Assembly: GCF_964204645.1 (NCBI RefSeq)
Contig: NC_134029.1
Location: 2,170,001 to 2,234,000 of the forward strand
DNA: 64,000 nucleotides
Direction of reading: 5' to 3'
Source: Tubulanus polymorphus
Lineage: Eukaryota; Animalia; Nemertea
The position numbers and the translations under genes were made by a program. Shown one piece after another: positions 25,339-39,004 of the stretch; position 1 is the stretch's first letter; each line of letters opens with the position of its first letter. A model generated the notes under the pieces. That model did no database searches. It saw only the letters and a list, made by a program, of their open reading frames with translations, and was not told the DNA's origin.

Positions 25339-28300
25339 CTATGGGCCTAACAGTCGTTCAATTGCGGAGTTTACATCACCACCAGTTGAAATAAGCGCTG
25401 AAAAAAATCGATCTAATCATCATGAATAATAATAATGTGTAATTATATCGGAAGAAAAAATTAATGAATTTTTTATTGAATTCACTGACTCTTTAAACAC
25501 AGTCAGTCTCGATACTACAGAGAACTTTTCTCTATCCATACCTTGTATATTAGCAGCATTATCCAAAAATCCCATACTTCGTAACTGTTCTAATTGTGAA
25601 GCGTATCTTTGCTCTGGAGGGTCATTCTACAATAAATACATTTACCGGTAAGCCCTATAAACTCCAGGTTCCAAATTAGACTTTAGGCTCAAATCATTGG
25701 AAATTAAATGATCTTAATGACTCCTGATTTATAATAAGCCGATATCTATGGAACCCCAGTGAAGAATTTGAATAATGTATAACAACGAACCGATTGATTT
25801 TGAGGAGTTCCCATTTGTGATAGCATTTGAGACAGTAAGCCAGCCAATGCTTGATTGTTTTCCGGCGTTGGGGTTGGGGTACTCGTCGTTGATGATGTTG
25901 ATCCTACAGATGGAGTTGTTGATGATGTAGTAGTTGTTGTAGTAGTAGATGTCGTATTACTAGGAGTAGTAGTAGTTGAATTCGGCACCGGTGGTGTCAT
26001 ACCCGGCATATTAAACCTACAAATCAAAATTCCTGTTATTTAGAATAGAAACTACGTCGTTTATAACTAAATTGAATGATTTAAGACTTTTCCGAGGTTG
26101 GTGCTCTATGTGTTGTTTTGACAACTGTTATTAACAACTCCTTATAGATGACAAACCATGCAAAGCAAGCTATTGCGCATGCTCTATGCATGTCTAGGCA
26201 TGACAAGACTTACACAAAGTGTATGGCTTGGGGCTACCGATGGGTAACAAGGGCCACCAAAAGGTTCAAGGGGAATAGTTCACCGTACATACCCTCCTAA
26301 TCCAGCAGCACCGGGTAAAACTCCGGGAGCTTCTTGTTGTAATGTTTGCATGGCTTGTTGTATCTGTAGAATGGCTTCCATCGCTCTGGGATTCGTCATT
26401 AAACGTTGAACTTCCGGATTCTGCATCTATCAATTACAAACGATCTAAACTACAGAACAAGCAAAATCGAATAAACTATCAGAAATGAAAGCAAGGTGAA
26501 GAACACAAACCTGTTGTACAAAATACGGGATCTGTTCACGAATTTGTTCTTGAAGTTGTGGATTTCCGGCAAATAAAGGATTATTCATTAGGATCTGAAA
26601 TAGAACATACCGAAATTATCTCCTTTAACTTGTTCATTACCAACACTAAGTGATTGTTTGAACTATTTCATTCATCAAAGCTTTTAAAATATCCTAATTA
26701 GTTACCTTCAGGCATACTATAAATCAACATACAGTCAAAACGTCCAATAAAATAAGAACTGAAGGAAACATTTTGGTCTTGCTTTTTTTTCTTGTTGTGG
26801 AATCTTATATTTTGTAATTACAACAAGGACAGAGTGTTTTCGGTAGTTTCTGTTACTGTACCTCAGGATTAGTAGATAAGCTCTGTAACATCGGCTGCAT
26901 GTACGGTGCCTGCAACATATTCTGCATTAACTGTGGATTCTGTTGTATTTGTTGCAGTAAACTCTGCATCATCGGAGAATTCATGCCACCTACAATAATT
27001 TATACCGGTAACATCGAAATATGCTTTTATAAAAACCAAAATTGCAATAATAGAAGACTAATCATAATGACTAACCAGATCCGAGTCCCAGTCCACCAAG
27101 TCCAGCCGTGGTAGAAGTTGTATTGGTAGTTGTGGTTGAGTCAGTGCTGGTCGTAGATGAACTATTTCGTGGCGCCCAAGGGTTCGGTAATGGATCCGTA
27201 TTTTCTCTACCCTGCTGACCATTGCCTTCACCTGAAATAACAAACGAAAAATCAGTTCCATTTATACAAACCAAAAATATCTTCCGCAACGTTTAAAATT
27301 CTTCGTGATGCTGATAATTTACCCTGATTTCCACCAGCTAATGTAGCGAATGGATTTCCACCCCCGATGCTTTCCTGCGCTGCGTTCATCATTGGTTCCT
27401 GTATATCGTGGTACATACGTTGTAACGCATTAAACCCACCGGGAATACTCTGAAAATTAAACCATTCAAACAAACACAGGGTCAGTCATTTCTGGATATA
27501 AATAGTTTTCAAGAAGTTCCCAAAGGAGAAAATTTCAAATTTTGAAGAAGTGTCTGCATCACTTTTGTATCCCAATCACAGAAGACGTTCGAAATGCATT
27601 ACAAACCTCGAGATTGCTCATCGCGCGATCCTGACTTCTCATCAATTCCTGCATCATTGCTGGATGACGGGCAAGCTCCATTGTCTATTAATATAACAAT
27701 TAACAGACATTAGAATGGCTTATAAATTACAGATTTATAAACATGCAAGGATTATCATTAACTAACCTGTCTCATTAATTCAGGATTATTGAGCATGTGA
27801 CCGATTTCAGGATTTCTCTATAAAAAAAAATCCAAAAAGTCATAATTTTCAATTTTCAAGATTTATCTCGAGTCGAGACTTAAAAAGCTTCACGACATAA
27901 TCAACATACCTCGACTAGATTATTCATTTGCGGATTACTCATGATCATATCCCTCATTACTGCAGGATTACTGATGATGCGTTGTACAAGTGGATTCTCC
28001 ATCATTTGACGAAGAAAATCTGGATTTGACATCAACTATAAAACAGCACACACACAGACATACATACCGTAGAACTATACCGGTATTCCATTTTACAATC
28101 GATTCCATTTTACCTCATTCTGCATTCTTGTCTGTATATCTCCAAAATTACCCCCTCCTAGTCCCATACTACCGAGACCAGCGAGATTCTCCAGACCAGC
28201 CAGACCAAATGGATTAGCGGTAGGATTAGGAGTCGGGTTCGATGGCTGCGTGCTCACCTAGGGGAATATATAATGGAATCCGTGAGCCACTAACACTAAT

Positions 28301-30034
28301 ATATTGAACAAATTCACAATGTTTACAATGAACAATTGTTAAATTCTTTTTGAATTAGCTGAAACTTGAATGTATTTAAGCCATACATTGTACATTTTAC
28401 CCACTAAGCAAGTGTAGACATACAATACAAACAATGAATTCCTATGAATTTACAAAATCTGGCGACTTTTGAAAAATGGAATCAAGCTGATGTAACGTGA
28501 ATGTAGAATGATGAAGGGATAATAGTGAGCTTTGAGGTGATGTAAACAGACACTGCTGTAAAAACAACCAACAACAGTTTTTGATTCTCACCTCAGAAGT
28601 CGTTGAAGGAGCTGGACTCGCATCATTCGACTGAAATCATTATATCTTATCAAGTAAGATTCGGCTTTCACTTGAAATATTCCAAACATCTGTCTATATT
28701 TCATTTCGGTTTGAGAACATTCGACCGTACAAAAGCCATGTGAATATGGCAAAATATGGCAAAATTCTTGTAATTTTAGCAGCGGCTTGAGTAGGATTAT
28801 TGAAAAGTTTATAAGTTACCTGGGGAGAACTGGTAGTGGATGATCTACTGTTTGATGTAGTAGTAGTTGATCCAGATCCGGAGGTCGAATTAGTCGTGGA
28901 TGTCGCAACCTAAAATATTCATTTATTCAACATCTAATGGGGCTATTAAAGAAAACAAAGTTCCATCAGAATCCACCAAGCGTGGCTTATGTACAGACAT
29001 CAACGCTGGATTTCTTCTTTAACTCTAAGTTAACAGTAATTTCTCGCAAATCTTGATACCTTGTTTCTCCGCAGCGGCCGGGTCATTTTCGTAAAATATG
29101 ATAAAATTTATGAACAGTTCATTTCTATAGCGGCCGGGTCTGTTATGGTAAAATTGATCACGATTTAAAAAAAAGTAATGTATAGGGTAGATAGGCGGCC
29201 GGCCGGGTCAACATTTAAGCTCAGCAGAGCGGAGAAACAAGGTATCAATTTTTTTTAGCCTTATGATGAAAACCTCTCCATCATGACAGAAACTGTACCT
29301 TAGCTGACTTGATAACGAGATGAACGACGAGTCCATCCTTGATTCCGTGCGTCGTTAATTTATCGTCGTCTTTCAATATTTTGCCAGCGAAAATCAGACA
29401 CAGTTGTTCAACTGGGACTTTTCCAAATTTTTCCGATACAAGAGCTTTAAACTGTAAAGTAAGACACACTATATTAGTAAATTACATAAGACTCCTTGAT
29501 ATGATGACGATTAAAACAAAGCCCAACATAATTTTCGTTACTACTATTCTAGGGTATATGTTTTTTCTAGGAAACTGAAGGTTGGGAAATGCATAATCTG
29601 TGATAGGGAACTAATTGGCAATGGACGGGATCCAGATTTCGGTGTCATACATTTGACATTTCTTCGTTCTGCTAATCTCATGTTTAAAAGAGTATCAGCC
29701 AAGATACACAGTTAATGTGAACTAAACATTGACTGGTACAAAAACATGCCACACGACAATTGACTGACTGATACCCTAGCAGCTTCAGAGAGCTCGCCAC
29801 GCCAGCCAGTCGACTCGAACGAGCGAGATGACGGGAAAATTGACAAGTCACCATCAGTAAAATGTAAATAACACCAGAAATAAACAACAGAAAATAATGA
29901 AAATCAACACAGTCATCAATAACAATAACCTCTTTCACTCCAGCGCTCTGATTTATCTGAATTTCTTGTTTTTCTTTAGGAGTTTTCACTACAACGGTGA
30001 TCATTTCCGCGTTCGACTTATCGCAGTCGGCCAT
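25339..30034 (-). CDS. UBQLN: Ubiquilin (UBL-STI1-UBA), multi-exon
   Basis: UBL: [33 protein letters not shown]1 region: [25 protein letters not shown]: [18 protein letters not shown]…[19 protein letters not shown]. Confidence 0.96.
29053..29248. mobile_element. MITE with perfect 20-bp terminal inverted repeats, in a ubiquilin intron
   Basis: TTGATACCTTGTTTCTCCGC (29053-29072) and GCGGAGAAACAAGGTATCAA (29229-29248); three internal CGGCCGGGTC direct repeats. Confidence 0.8.
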
Positions 30035-30272
30035 CTTGATTCGCAGTCACCGACCTCCGTAGATTCTCTATAAGAAACGTCGACTATTCAGACTATTTTA
30101 CTGGCATCTTATCTTGAAAAATATCTTACACATACTGAGATATTATATCGAATATATAAAATATTGATTCAACGGATCTTAAAACGAATAACACTCTAAG
30201 ATATATCATATTTTCTTTAATCATCGTTTCGTAAACGATACGTTGCGTAAGCTTACCTCGTTGAAGATGGCG
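30030..30272. promoter_or_regulatory. Bidirectional UBQLN/MCM9 promoter with outward-facing YY1-type motifs
   Basis: CAAGATGGC on the - strand overlapping the UBQLN ATG, and AAGATGGCG on the + strand at 30264-30272. Confidence 0.5.
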
Positions 30273-30949
30273 CTATTGTACGGTGCCCTAGAAATTTCTG
30301 GAAAATGCTCGCGGCCCTAATTGATTTCCCTCTTTTGATCCATATCGAACATTTTGAGATAAAACAGCTTCATCGCAGCAAACAGAAACACATTCTTCAT
30401 ATCTCACGAAGTGCTCGCTTATTCTTAGAATAATCGAGAATTTACCCGCACCCACTCCAAAACTACAGTCAAGATCAAAATGTAGTGATGCCATGACATA
30501 GTCGTCAGAGACGTAGACATTATTTCATCTTTTTTATAACATAAAATTATATTTTCTAAATGTTACAGAGCTTAGTATGTCCTGTACTCCTCGAGACATA
30601 AACACAAACCCTGGCAAGTGGCGATAGCGACACTAGCGCCACTAAAAGACAGCTCCGGGAACTTTCGATCATCAACTTGCGGGATGTTTGAATAAAAATC
30701 TTCCGTTTACCAAAGACAGTCAGTCCATTTGTTATCATGGTTATTGCGTTAGAAAACTGGAAAGAAGTTCTCATTTTTCCGGCCAAAGATAGTCCTTAGC
30801 CTTTCTAAATAATTCCCTTTAGTCGGGATACATGTCACAACGTCTCTACCACAAACACACACCGTACCACACGGCCACACCATAATCTATTTGTCTGAAG
30901 AAAACTTTCATGTGTAATCTAATTGTATAGGCCCTACGACTGATGACGA

Positions 30950-33900
30950 ATGATGGCTGCTTCATTGTATGATAATATATCTGAACAAGATGCACAGAAT
31001 TATACAGGTTTATTTCCTAATTATCGAACATGCGAATGCAGGCCACAAATATTTTTAGCAAACTTCATTTGATTTATTTCTTGATATATTTACAGAGTTT
31101 TTTGTGAATTTTCTATTGGAAAACCATCGCGAGGAACTGGAACTGATTCTAGCTGAAGAAGATGATTTAGATCATTATTCTATTGTTATAAAGTAAGATT
31201 ATCAATTTGACATAGACAGCGTCTTCTGCTGCAGATTGTAAAAGCTATTATTTCTGATATCTATTTTTTTCGATACAATAATCTGATACTTTTTGTGCAG
31301 ATCTTTTCATGTGGATCTTTTCAATGTTCTTTCCTTTCAGTGGATTAAGTGTTTTTGAAAAGGATTCAAGTATTTTTCACTTGTTGGTGTTTCAACCTGG
31401 TCAGGTTTTACCTTTACTCGATCAAGCTCTTCGTCGTGGCCAGTCAAAACTACTCCAACTCCAACCTAACAATAATAACATGGTGAATATCGTTTATTCA
31501 TAGTTTATAATATAAAAGTTTATACAATGTCTCTGTCTGGTGTTGTTATTATAAATTTCCCACAATGAGAAAGAAAATCAAAATCTGAAATGTTTCCTTG
31601 AGCTAAATATTTAAAACAATTGAAATTGATTGATTTGACATTTTGACCATGCTAATAGTCTGTCCAGGAAAACTCGGGATCCATTTCAGTCCTGAATTAG
31701 ATATTAGCCTTTGTGAAGGAAACATTTTGGACTCGTTTTTCTTGTTGGAGCTGATTTCATGTTTGTGTTTATTTCAATTCGATATTTTTCAGCTTTTGAA
31801 GTCAAATGTACATTGTCGTGTCACTGGGTTACCACTTGTTCCAGAATTGACAAGAGAAACTTTACCAAAAACTGCAGATCTCGGGCGCCTTTTACTCATC
31901 ACAGGTGAGGGAGTAACAGTTCATAATTCATTTATTTGATATTCTGATCTGAGTTGAAAAATATCTTTTTATTGAATACTAGGAACTGTCATCAGGGCGG
32001 GACCAGTTAAAATGCTCGAGAATGAAAAAGAATTTGTGTGTAAAAAATGTAAACATATTTTTACAGTCATGGTATGTAGGCGTCAATTTGACACTTCAAG
32101 CAAATATCTTACTAGCTTTTGACATGCATCTGATGTTGTTGGTATCATTTCAGGCATCATTTGAACAGCATTTTACATTTCCTAAACCAACAAAGTGTCC
32201 AAATACAGAGGGAGAATGCCCATCAACAAATTTTTCTCATCTCAGTGATAAAGGTACAGTTTACAAGCTGTAATAAGTGCAGCTAATTTGTCATATTCAA
32301 ATCTGAATTTAAAAAAAACATGAAATGATGAATAATTTTCTTCAGGTCAACCATCAAAGTGTCAAAACTATCAAGAGATAAAAATTCAGGAACAAGTGCA
32401 GAATCTATCAGTGGGAACGATACCTAGATCAATGTGGGTGGCTCTAGAAGATGATCTTGTCGATTCATGTCAACCTGGAGATGATGTGATGATTTGGTGA
32501 GTTGTTCTTGAGCTGTGAATGTTAATTCAAGCGAAATAAGTTATAGAAATTCGATCAGATTTTCTGTAATGTTGTGTATTTTGTAGCGGTATTGTATGTT
32601 CGAGATGGAAGACACTTTCACCTGAGAATGTCTGCGATATTGAGATTGTAGCCAGAGCTAACAATGTTGAAGTTATGAATAAGGATGGATTAAACAGTGT
32701 TTTAACACAAGAATTGGTCCGTGTCTTCATATTACCATATCGTAATCTAATTCTATCAATTTGCATCATTATTTCAATCAATTTAATTCCAGAAAGATGA
32801 ATTTGCGCAGTATTGGAAAGATAACGCGTTCTGTCCACTCACCGCTAGAAATGTCATCCTCGCGAGTCTTTGTCCTCAAGTTTATGGATTATACGTAGTT
32901 AAACTAGCCGTGGCAATGGTTCTCGCCGGAGGAGTCAAAGTAGGTTTGAAAAATGAACTCCTTCTTTCGAGAATTTGATGAGTGTTTTGTGATATGATTT
33001 TTGTGATGTTTTCAGAGAGATTGTGAAGGTGGAACCAGAATTCGAGGAGAATCACATTTATTACTCGTCGGAGATCCAGGTACTGTACCCGCATGCTGGA
33101 AATAAAACTTTTCCTTTGGAAAATTGAATTAGATACTTTAACCTTGCAAAAGTCGTCATATTGTGACGATATATTGATGACTTATCCAAATGATGACCTA
33201 CACTTATTTAAATTTAATTTGAATACTGTCATGAAATTCAACAGGTACTGGAAAATCTCAGTTTCTTAAATACGCCACAAAAATAACGCCGAGATCTGTT
33301 CTGACTACTGGTATTGGTAGCACTAGTGCAGGTTTGACAGTAACCGCGGTGAAAGATTCCGGAGAATGGCAGTTAGAGGCGGGTGCATTAGTCTTAGCAG
33401 ACGGAGGGCTCTGTTGTATCGATGAATTCAACAGCATCAGAGAACATGATCGCTCTTCCATACATGAAGCAATGGAACAACAAACAATCAGTGTGGCTAA
33501 GGTTAGTCTCAGGTGAAATCTATATCAGTATCTTACTCCAAGAGATTCCTATGTAGAGTCAAAGCCTTATTTTCATATGTTTTTTTAGGCAGGTTTAGTT
33601 TGTAAATTGAATACACGTGCCACAATATTAGCAGCAACCAACCCTAAGGGACAGTATGACCCCACAGAGGTAATAATGACAATTCCCAATAAAAACACAT
33701 CATCCTAATGAGCAAATTTTATCTTTCTGGTCCCATGTGGTATTTAACAATGTTTCGCTGTTTGTGGACGAGGTATTAATTCATTTCAGTCGTTGAGTGT
33801 AAATATAGCTTTAGCTAGTCCTCTATTGAGCCGGTTTGATTTAGTGCTCGTATTACTCGATACTCAGAACGATGAATGGGATGAAATTGTATCTTCTTAT

Positions 33901-35760
33901 ATCCTCGAGGGTAAAAGACCGGCTGGTACGTCTGCATAATAAGTGAATCATGAACATATATTGTTAGATCTTTTGTAAATTTCCCTTATCTTTTTTGTAT
34001 CTGATCTTGTTTAGACGGTGTGGCTGCTAAAGACTTATGGAGTATGGATAAAATGAAGGCCTATTTTTGTTATATCAAGACCGTGATGCCTGCTATGACT
34101 GATGATGCAGCCAGGTAAAGAAAATGATCAGTAATTCGTCTGTTGTTGTTTTGAATAGTTGTTAAACTTTGATTTTTAATGTTATTCCAGAGTTTTACAG
34201 AACTACTATCGAGCTCAGCGCGGTGCTGATTATAGAAATGCTGCTAGAACAACAATGAGACTTCTGGAGAGTATGATCCGTTTATCACAGGGTAAGAGTT
34301 GGTCGAAACGGTTTCGTAAAGTTTGACATGGTTCCTTTGGGTTTTAGCTTTTGTCTGCTATTGTATTGTAGCTCATGCCAGATTAGTTTGTCACTCGGAG
34401 GTTACAGTTTTAGACGCAATTACTGCTGTGTTACTGATGGAATCTTCCATGCAGGTAAGAATTTCTATCAGTGTGAATTTGTATCAATTTTTTTCACATG
34501 GAAACTCATGATTTTACAGCGAAGATAAACCTTTCTGTTAATAAAGGGAACTGCTTTGCTCGGGGGAGTCAATGCTTTACATACATCATTTCCAGAAGAT
34601 GCAGAGGCTGAATATATTAAACAGGGTAGGTTTACCAAAAAAAACGGTTCAAAATCTCTGTTCAAATTTACTTACAAACGTGGGGTGTACACTATCTTTT
34701 GTTCTCATTTGCAGCTGAAATTATCTTGATGCGTCTTGAGCTGCATGATATTTGGGAGCAAGAATCGCGTCGGTTAGCCGAGGAATCGAAAAGAAAGCCA
34801 AAGAGTGGTGATCGCCCTGATAATCCAGTCGATGTGCCGGCACCAAATAAAGAAGACATCAGACACTCGCAAACTGTGAATGATATAAGCGATGATGAAT
34901 CTTCTACTCTAGGTTCAGTAATGTCACCTGAAAACACTGATTCTAGTGCTAACGATTTAGAAATTCAATCCGTGTCTACTTTATTAAATCAGAGATCTGA
35001 CCTCAGTTTACTGAATGAAACTTCTATTTTATCACCTGAAACAAAGGAGAATATTGTCGATAATTTCGTAAACCGTAGAAATAAGAATTCAACCGTTGGA
35101 TATGTAACTGAGAGTAGACCTTCTCTTCCTTCTACGAACTCAGTATTGTCGAATATAGTGTCGTCTAAACAGACCGACTCATCTACAGAGTCAGAAGAAA
35201 AGAATTTCAATTCTGACTCGATGTTTCATGGAGGCTGGGGTGATTGTACTCCATCACAGAGACCGATCAAAGTTAACGAGGACAAGATGAATAAGCTATT
35301 GGAAATATTGCGAACTAAGAACTCGAATGCAAAACTGTCGAGTACTCCGAAACCGAAAACTAATTCCGAGTCATTGCCTGCTGGAATTCATATATCTCCG
35401 CAACCTCCGTCTAAACTCCAGTCAGAAGATCGATTACCTTTTGGTATTTATTCAACAACGGTTAAAAGATCGGATTCCGGTTCGTCCGTCTCGAAATCTA
35501 CTCTGAATAAACTGAGTAAATTTTCGTTCGTCGAAAATTCGAAATCGTCTGAAAAAACACAAAACACAGAAAAAACAACGTCACATACGAAAGAAAGCGT
35601 GAACGAAAAACGAGATTTATTATCACAACAAAATGAAAAATATCGAGCGAAGAATAAGAAAAATAGCGGCTTAGATTTTACAACCAGTGATGATGACTTC
35701 TTAGATTTTGAACTTGATTTTGATTTCCTTTTGCCGGATACAAAAAAACCTAAGTTGTGA
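30950..35760 (+). CDS. MCM9: DNA helicase MCM9, multi-exon
   Basis: N-terminal [25 protein letters not shown]. Zn-finger cysteines CKKC…[20 protein letters not shown]. Walker A GDPGTGKSQ, Walker B CCIDEF, Arg finger SRFD. Long Ser-rich last exon ends at 35760. Confidence 0.94.
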
Positions 35761-36038
35761 TCAAATGTGCATAAACGAGTTGATTTCACAATTGTATATC
35801 TTTCAAATATCGATATCGCTTTTTATCCACAGTTAATGAGAAATCCTTATTAGAAATCAGTGTTTAATCTTACGGTTGGAAAAAACAAAGAGTGAAACAA
35901 ATTTGAAATCATTTTCTTGTATTGCTTTAAATATGATATCATTTTCAAGTGATTGTTTGAAACTTCTATATTATCTTTGTGTATGAGTCCATTGGTCGTC
36001 AGGAACATCCCCAGTTTTACTGATGCTTTTTGTATTAA

Positions 36039-36999
36039 TCACATACAGTACATGCTCAACATAATGAGAAGTGAACTGATTGAAATCAGTTTGACTGGTG
36101 ACGTTATGATCTTATTTGCTGTGTTACATTGATCACCAACACAACAAGATACATAAGAATGAGCAGCTGTCAATTTCTGCGGACATTTGATCTCATCGAC
36201 TCCCTTCTCTCCGCACATACGAGCTGTGTATTCAAAATCTGTCAATTTATATGACATTTTCTGAAAAAGCAAACAATTCATTTCAAATAATTCATTGTAT
36301 AGCGTTATAGAGCTGGTTATTGTACATATTGTATTAACTTAATTATTGTTTGTGGGGACGCGCAACAAAAGACTTCTCTTTACTTGATACTGGTCGCTCA
36401 ATTTATTGAATTTTGCTAAAATCTATTTCGAAAATGCAATGATTTCTTTGATTCTCAGAGCTCAGTATTCACTGAATTCCCACTGCTACAGAGGAAGGCA
36501 GAATTTACTTAAGAGTTTTTGATTTTTGAAGTTTCAAGAATCTTTAATATTTGACTTACAGCACAGGCCTTCGTTCCAGAGCAGACTTTGGTCGGTACTT
36601 TTCGAAAATCCCCACCATCTTTACATTTATTTGTACTGTTAATAACGATTTTATCAATCCGTCCAGCTAAAATATCTTTCAGTTCTCGAGCGTTCATTGC
36701 TGGCAAAATTCCTTCTTCACCTTCTTTCAATGTACTGTCATAGATACACGTGTAACAACGTACTGCCAGACCTGTTTAAGTATACACATTATTTACAATT
36801 AATTCACTTTGATTAACCATTTGATAATTTACTCTAAAACATTTAACTTTTTGGCAGAAAAATTAGCGCTTTAATTACTTTTCGAATTACGCTTTTGTAA
36901 GGCTTGTTTGATAGTCCGTCAATTTAGAAAATTAATTCAATAATTACCTTTGTTGAAAAATGATGCAAAAATTGCCAAAATTATCCAATGTTTCGTCAT
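36039..36999 (-). CDS. Ly6/uPAR (three-finger) domain protein, probably GPI-anchored (quiver/sleepless-like)
   Basis: Three exons: signal peptide MTKHWIILAIFASFFNKGLA; VRCYTC…; 10 Cys ending CCVGDQCN; hydrophobic C-terminal tail. Confidence 0.85.
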
Positions 37000-37381
37000 T
37001 TTGAGCAATAACACTGGATATTGTTTGAATTTCGAAAATTTGCTTTCAACCAAAGTGCAACTTTGTATTCATTGTGCATGATTTTTGATCAATATGAATT
37101 TTCTAACCACAACCAATTAGGAAAGTTGAAAAATAATTGGTGCATGTAAAGGAAATCAATTCCAACAGGTGGTATTCAAACAAATTACTAATCACAATGT
37201 TTACAGAGAACGATGATATTGATAGATATATTTGATAAATAGTAAGGAACATTTATTTTTCATAAAAATCAACCATATAAATGTAATGGATATTTTTAAT
37301 ATTTTCTCATTTCTTTTCACTTAGAGGAAATTGCAAAAAAGAACGGTGCGCGTGGGATTCGAACCCGTCATTACTGGCGAT

Positions 37382-37416
37382 TGTTTACGTCTCTATAGGA
37401 ACTGAACCCGGAAGTA
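37382..37416 (+). promoter_or_regulatory. Forkhead + RFX X-box + ETS cluster at the LRRC51 promoter
   Basis: TGTTTAC (37382-37388), GTCTCTATAGGAAC (37389-37402), AACCCGGAAGTA (37405-37416). Confidence 0.7.
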
Positions 37417-37671
37417 ATGTAACTGAAGAAAATTATTGGAGTCAAAAATGAAATACGTTAATTTGTTGCTTCAGGGGACGCATTAACTTTTTGATTAGTT
37501 GACATATGATAGAGAAAGGTTTGAATATATCTCTTTATGTGAATAGTTGCTTTGTGTTGCGATTTAATCGTGTTTAAGTAATGCATTCTTTTAGAACAAG
37601 TAAAATTCAAATAGATTTTATTATTAATATTATTGCACTTCAGGTTGATTCAAAAGTAATAATAGACGATA

Positions 37672-39004
37672 ATGTCGATGATTAAAGCGAAACCGACTCC
37701 TCGAACACCAGCAGTTGATTGCACAAATGAAATAATTCCCCCGTTGGACTTTTCATTTTGCCGTCTTACTGCAGTAGAGGGTAAGTTTGATCTGCCACAG
37801 ATAGTACTGTAGTGTAGTGTAGAGTAGTAGTACTGAGTGAGAATAATTATAAATCTATAGGCCTATTGGCAAAATATTCATCTTCATAAATGTTAATTTA
37901 AAACTGACAGTAAACTGGGCCCGGTTTTATATACGGGTATTACCTTTAGCCCGGGGGCTAACTCAAATTGATAATGAATTGAGTTGTTGATTATGTTGTT
38001 TATAGATGCGTTGGAAGAAGAGCCGCGTATTGTTTCACCAATCAGAGAAAAACCACGGAAATTAGAAGAAGAATTACTGAATGAATCCAGCGAGGAGGAT
38101 AGGAGGAAATCGAAAAGTCGATGTTTACGGCTTCATAATAACGCTATAGCTGATTTATCTACACTGATTAGTTCAGCGGATAAACTGTTTGAACATCCGA
38201 AAGAGATCGGCTGGCTTGATCTGTCCTTTAATGAATTAACATCAATTGATGATGTAAGTAGTCTTACAGTTCAGTCTGATGAACGGTAGATTTGTTCAAG
38301 ATTCAGATGTTATCCTCATTGAAAACATCAAGTGACCAAAAGTCATTAAATCAAAACATTCATTATACCCCGGTATTCACTTTTTAATATCTTGCGTCTA
38401 TAACTGCAATCAATTAAAGACAAGTCGCAGTTTAGATTAGTGTATATAAAAGACCCACTATATTGGAGATTTAACTACAAAAATTCTGTTACAAAGACAT
38501 TTAAGATAAAAAGTTTCTACCCATCTTCACAGATTTATTCAACATACTTGAATATTGTGGGTCATTCAGACCTTAGGGTTACTCAAGTTATATTGCTGTT
38601 TTTTGTAACGGTTTTTGATTTATCGTAGGCAATACTCGATTTTGAAAATTTGAGAATACTCTACCTTCACGGAAACGCAATAGCAAACATTGACGACGTT
38701 AAGAAATTAGCGAATCTACCGCATCTACGAAAACTCTGTCTCCATGGCAACCAGATTGAGAGCATCAAGGTGAAGATGAGAAAAAGCAAAACCAGAAATA
38801 GATAATGAATTTAGATATGTTAGTCATGAAGGTTCTTTATGTTTTTTTGTTTTTTAGGGATACAGACAATTCGTATTGGCTCACATCCCACAGCTGCTTG
38901 AATTTGACTTCAGTAATGTTACTAAGACTGATCGAGCTTCTGCTTCTGCCTGGGCTCGAATAATGAGCACGAAAAAGAAAGGGAAAAAATCTCGCGAGGA
39001 TTGA
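37672..39004 (+). CDS. LRRC51: Leucine-rich repeat protein 51
   Basis: Four coding exons: PPLDFSF, LRLHNNAI, WLDLSFNEL, LRILYLHGNAI, LCLHGNQIE, GYRQFVL…FDFSNVTKTDR. Stop TGA 39002-39004. Confidence 0.9.

Noticed and set aside
37345-37370. tRNA gene
   Set aside because: Only a T-arm/B-box is present; no A-box, anticodon arm or acceptor pairing. The same applies to the other B-box hits.
37672-39004. LRTOMT-type fusion with a methyltransferase
   Set aside because: No O-methyltransferase exons follow; the next gene is KRTCAP2.
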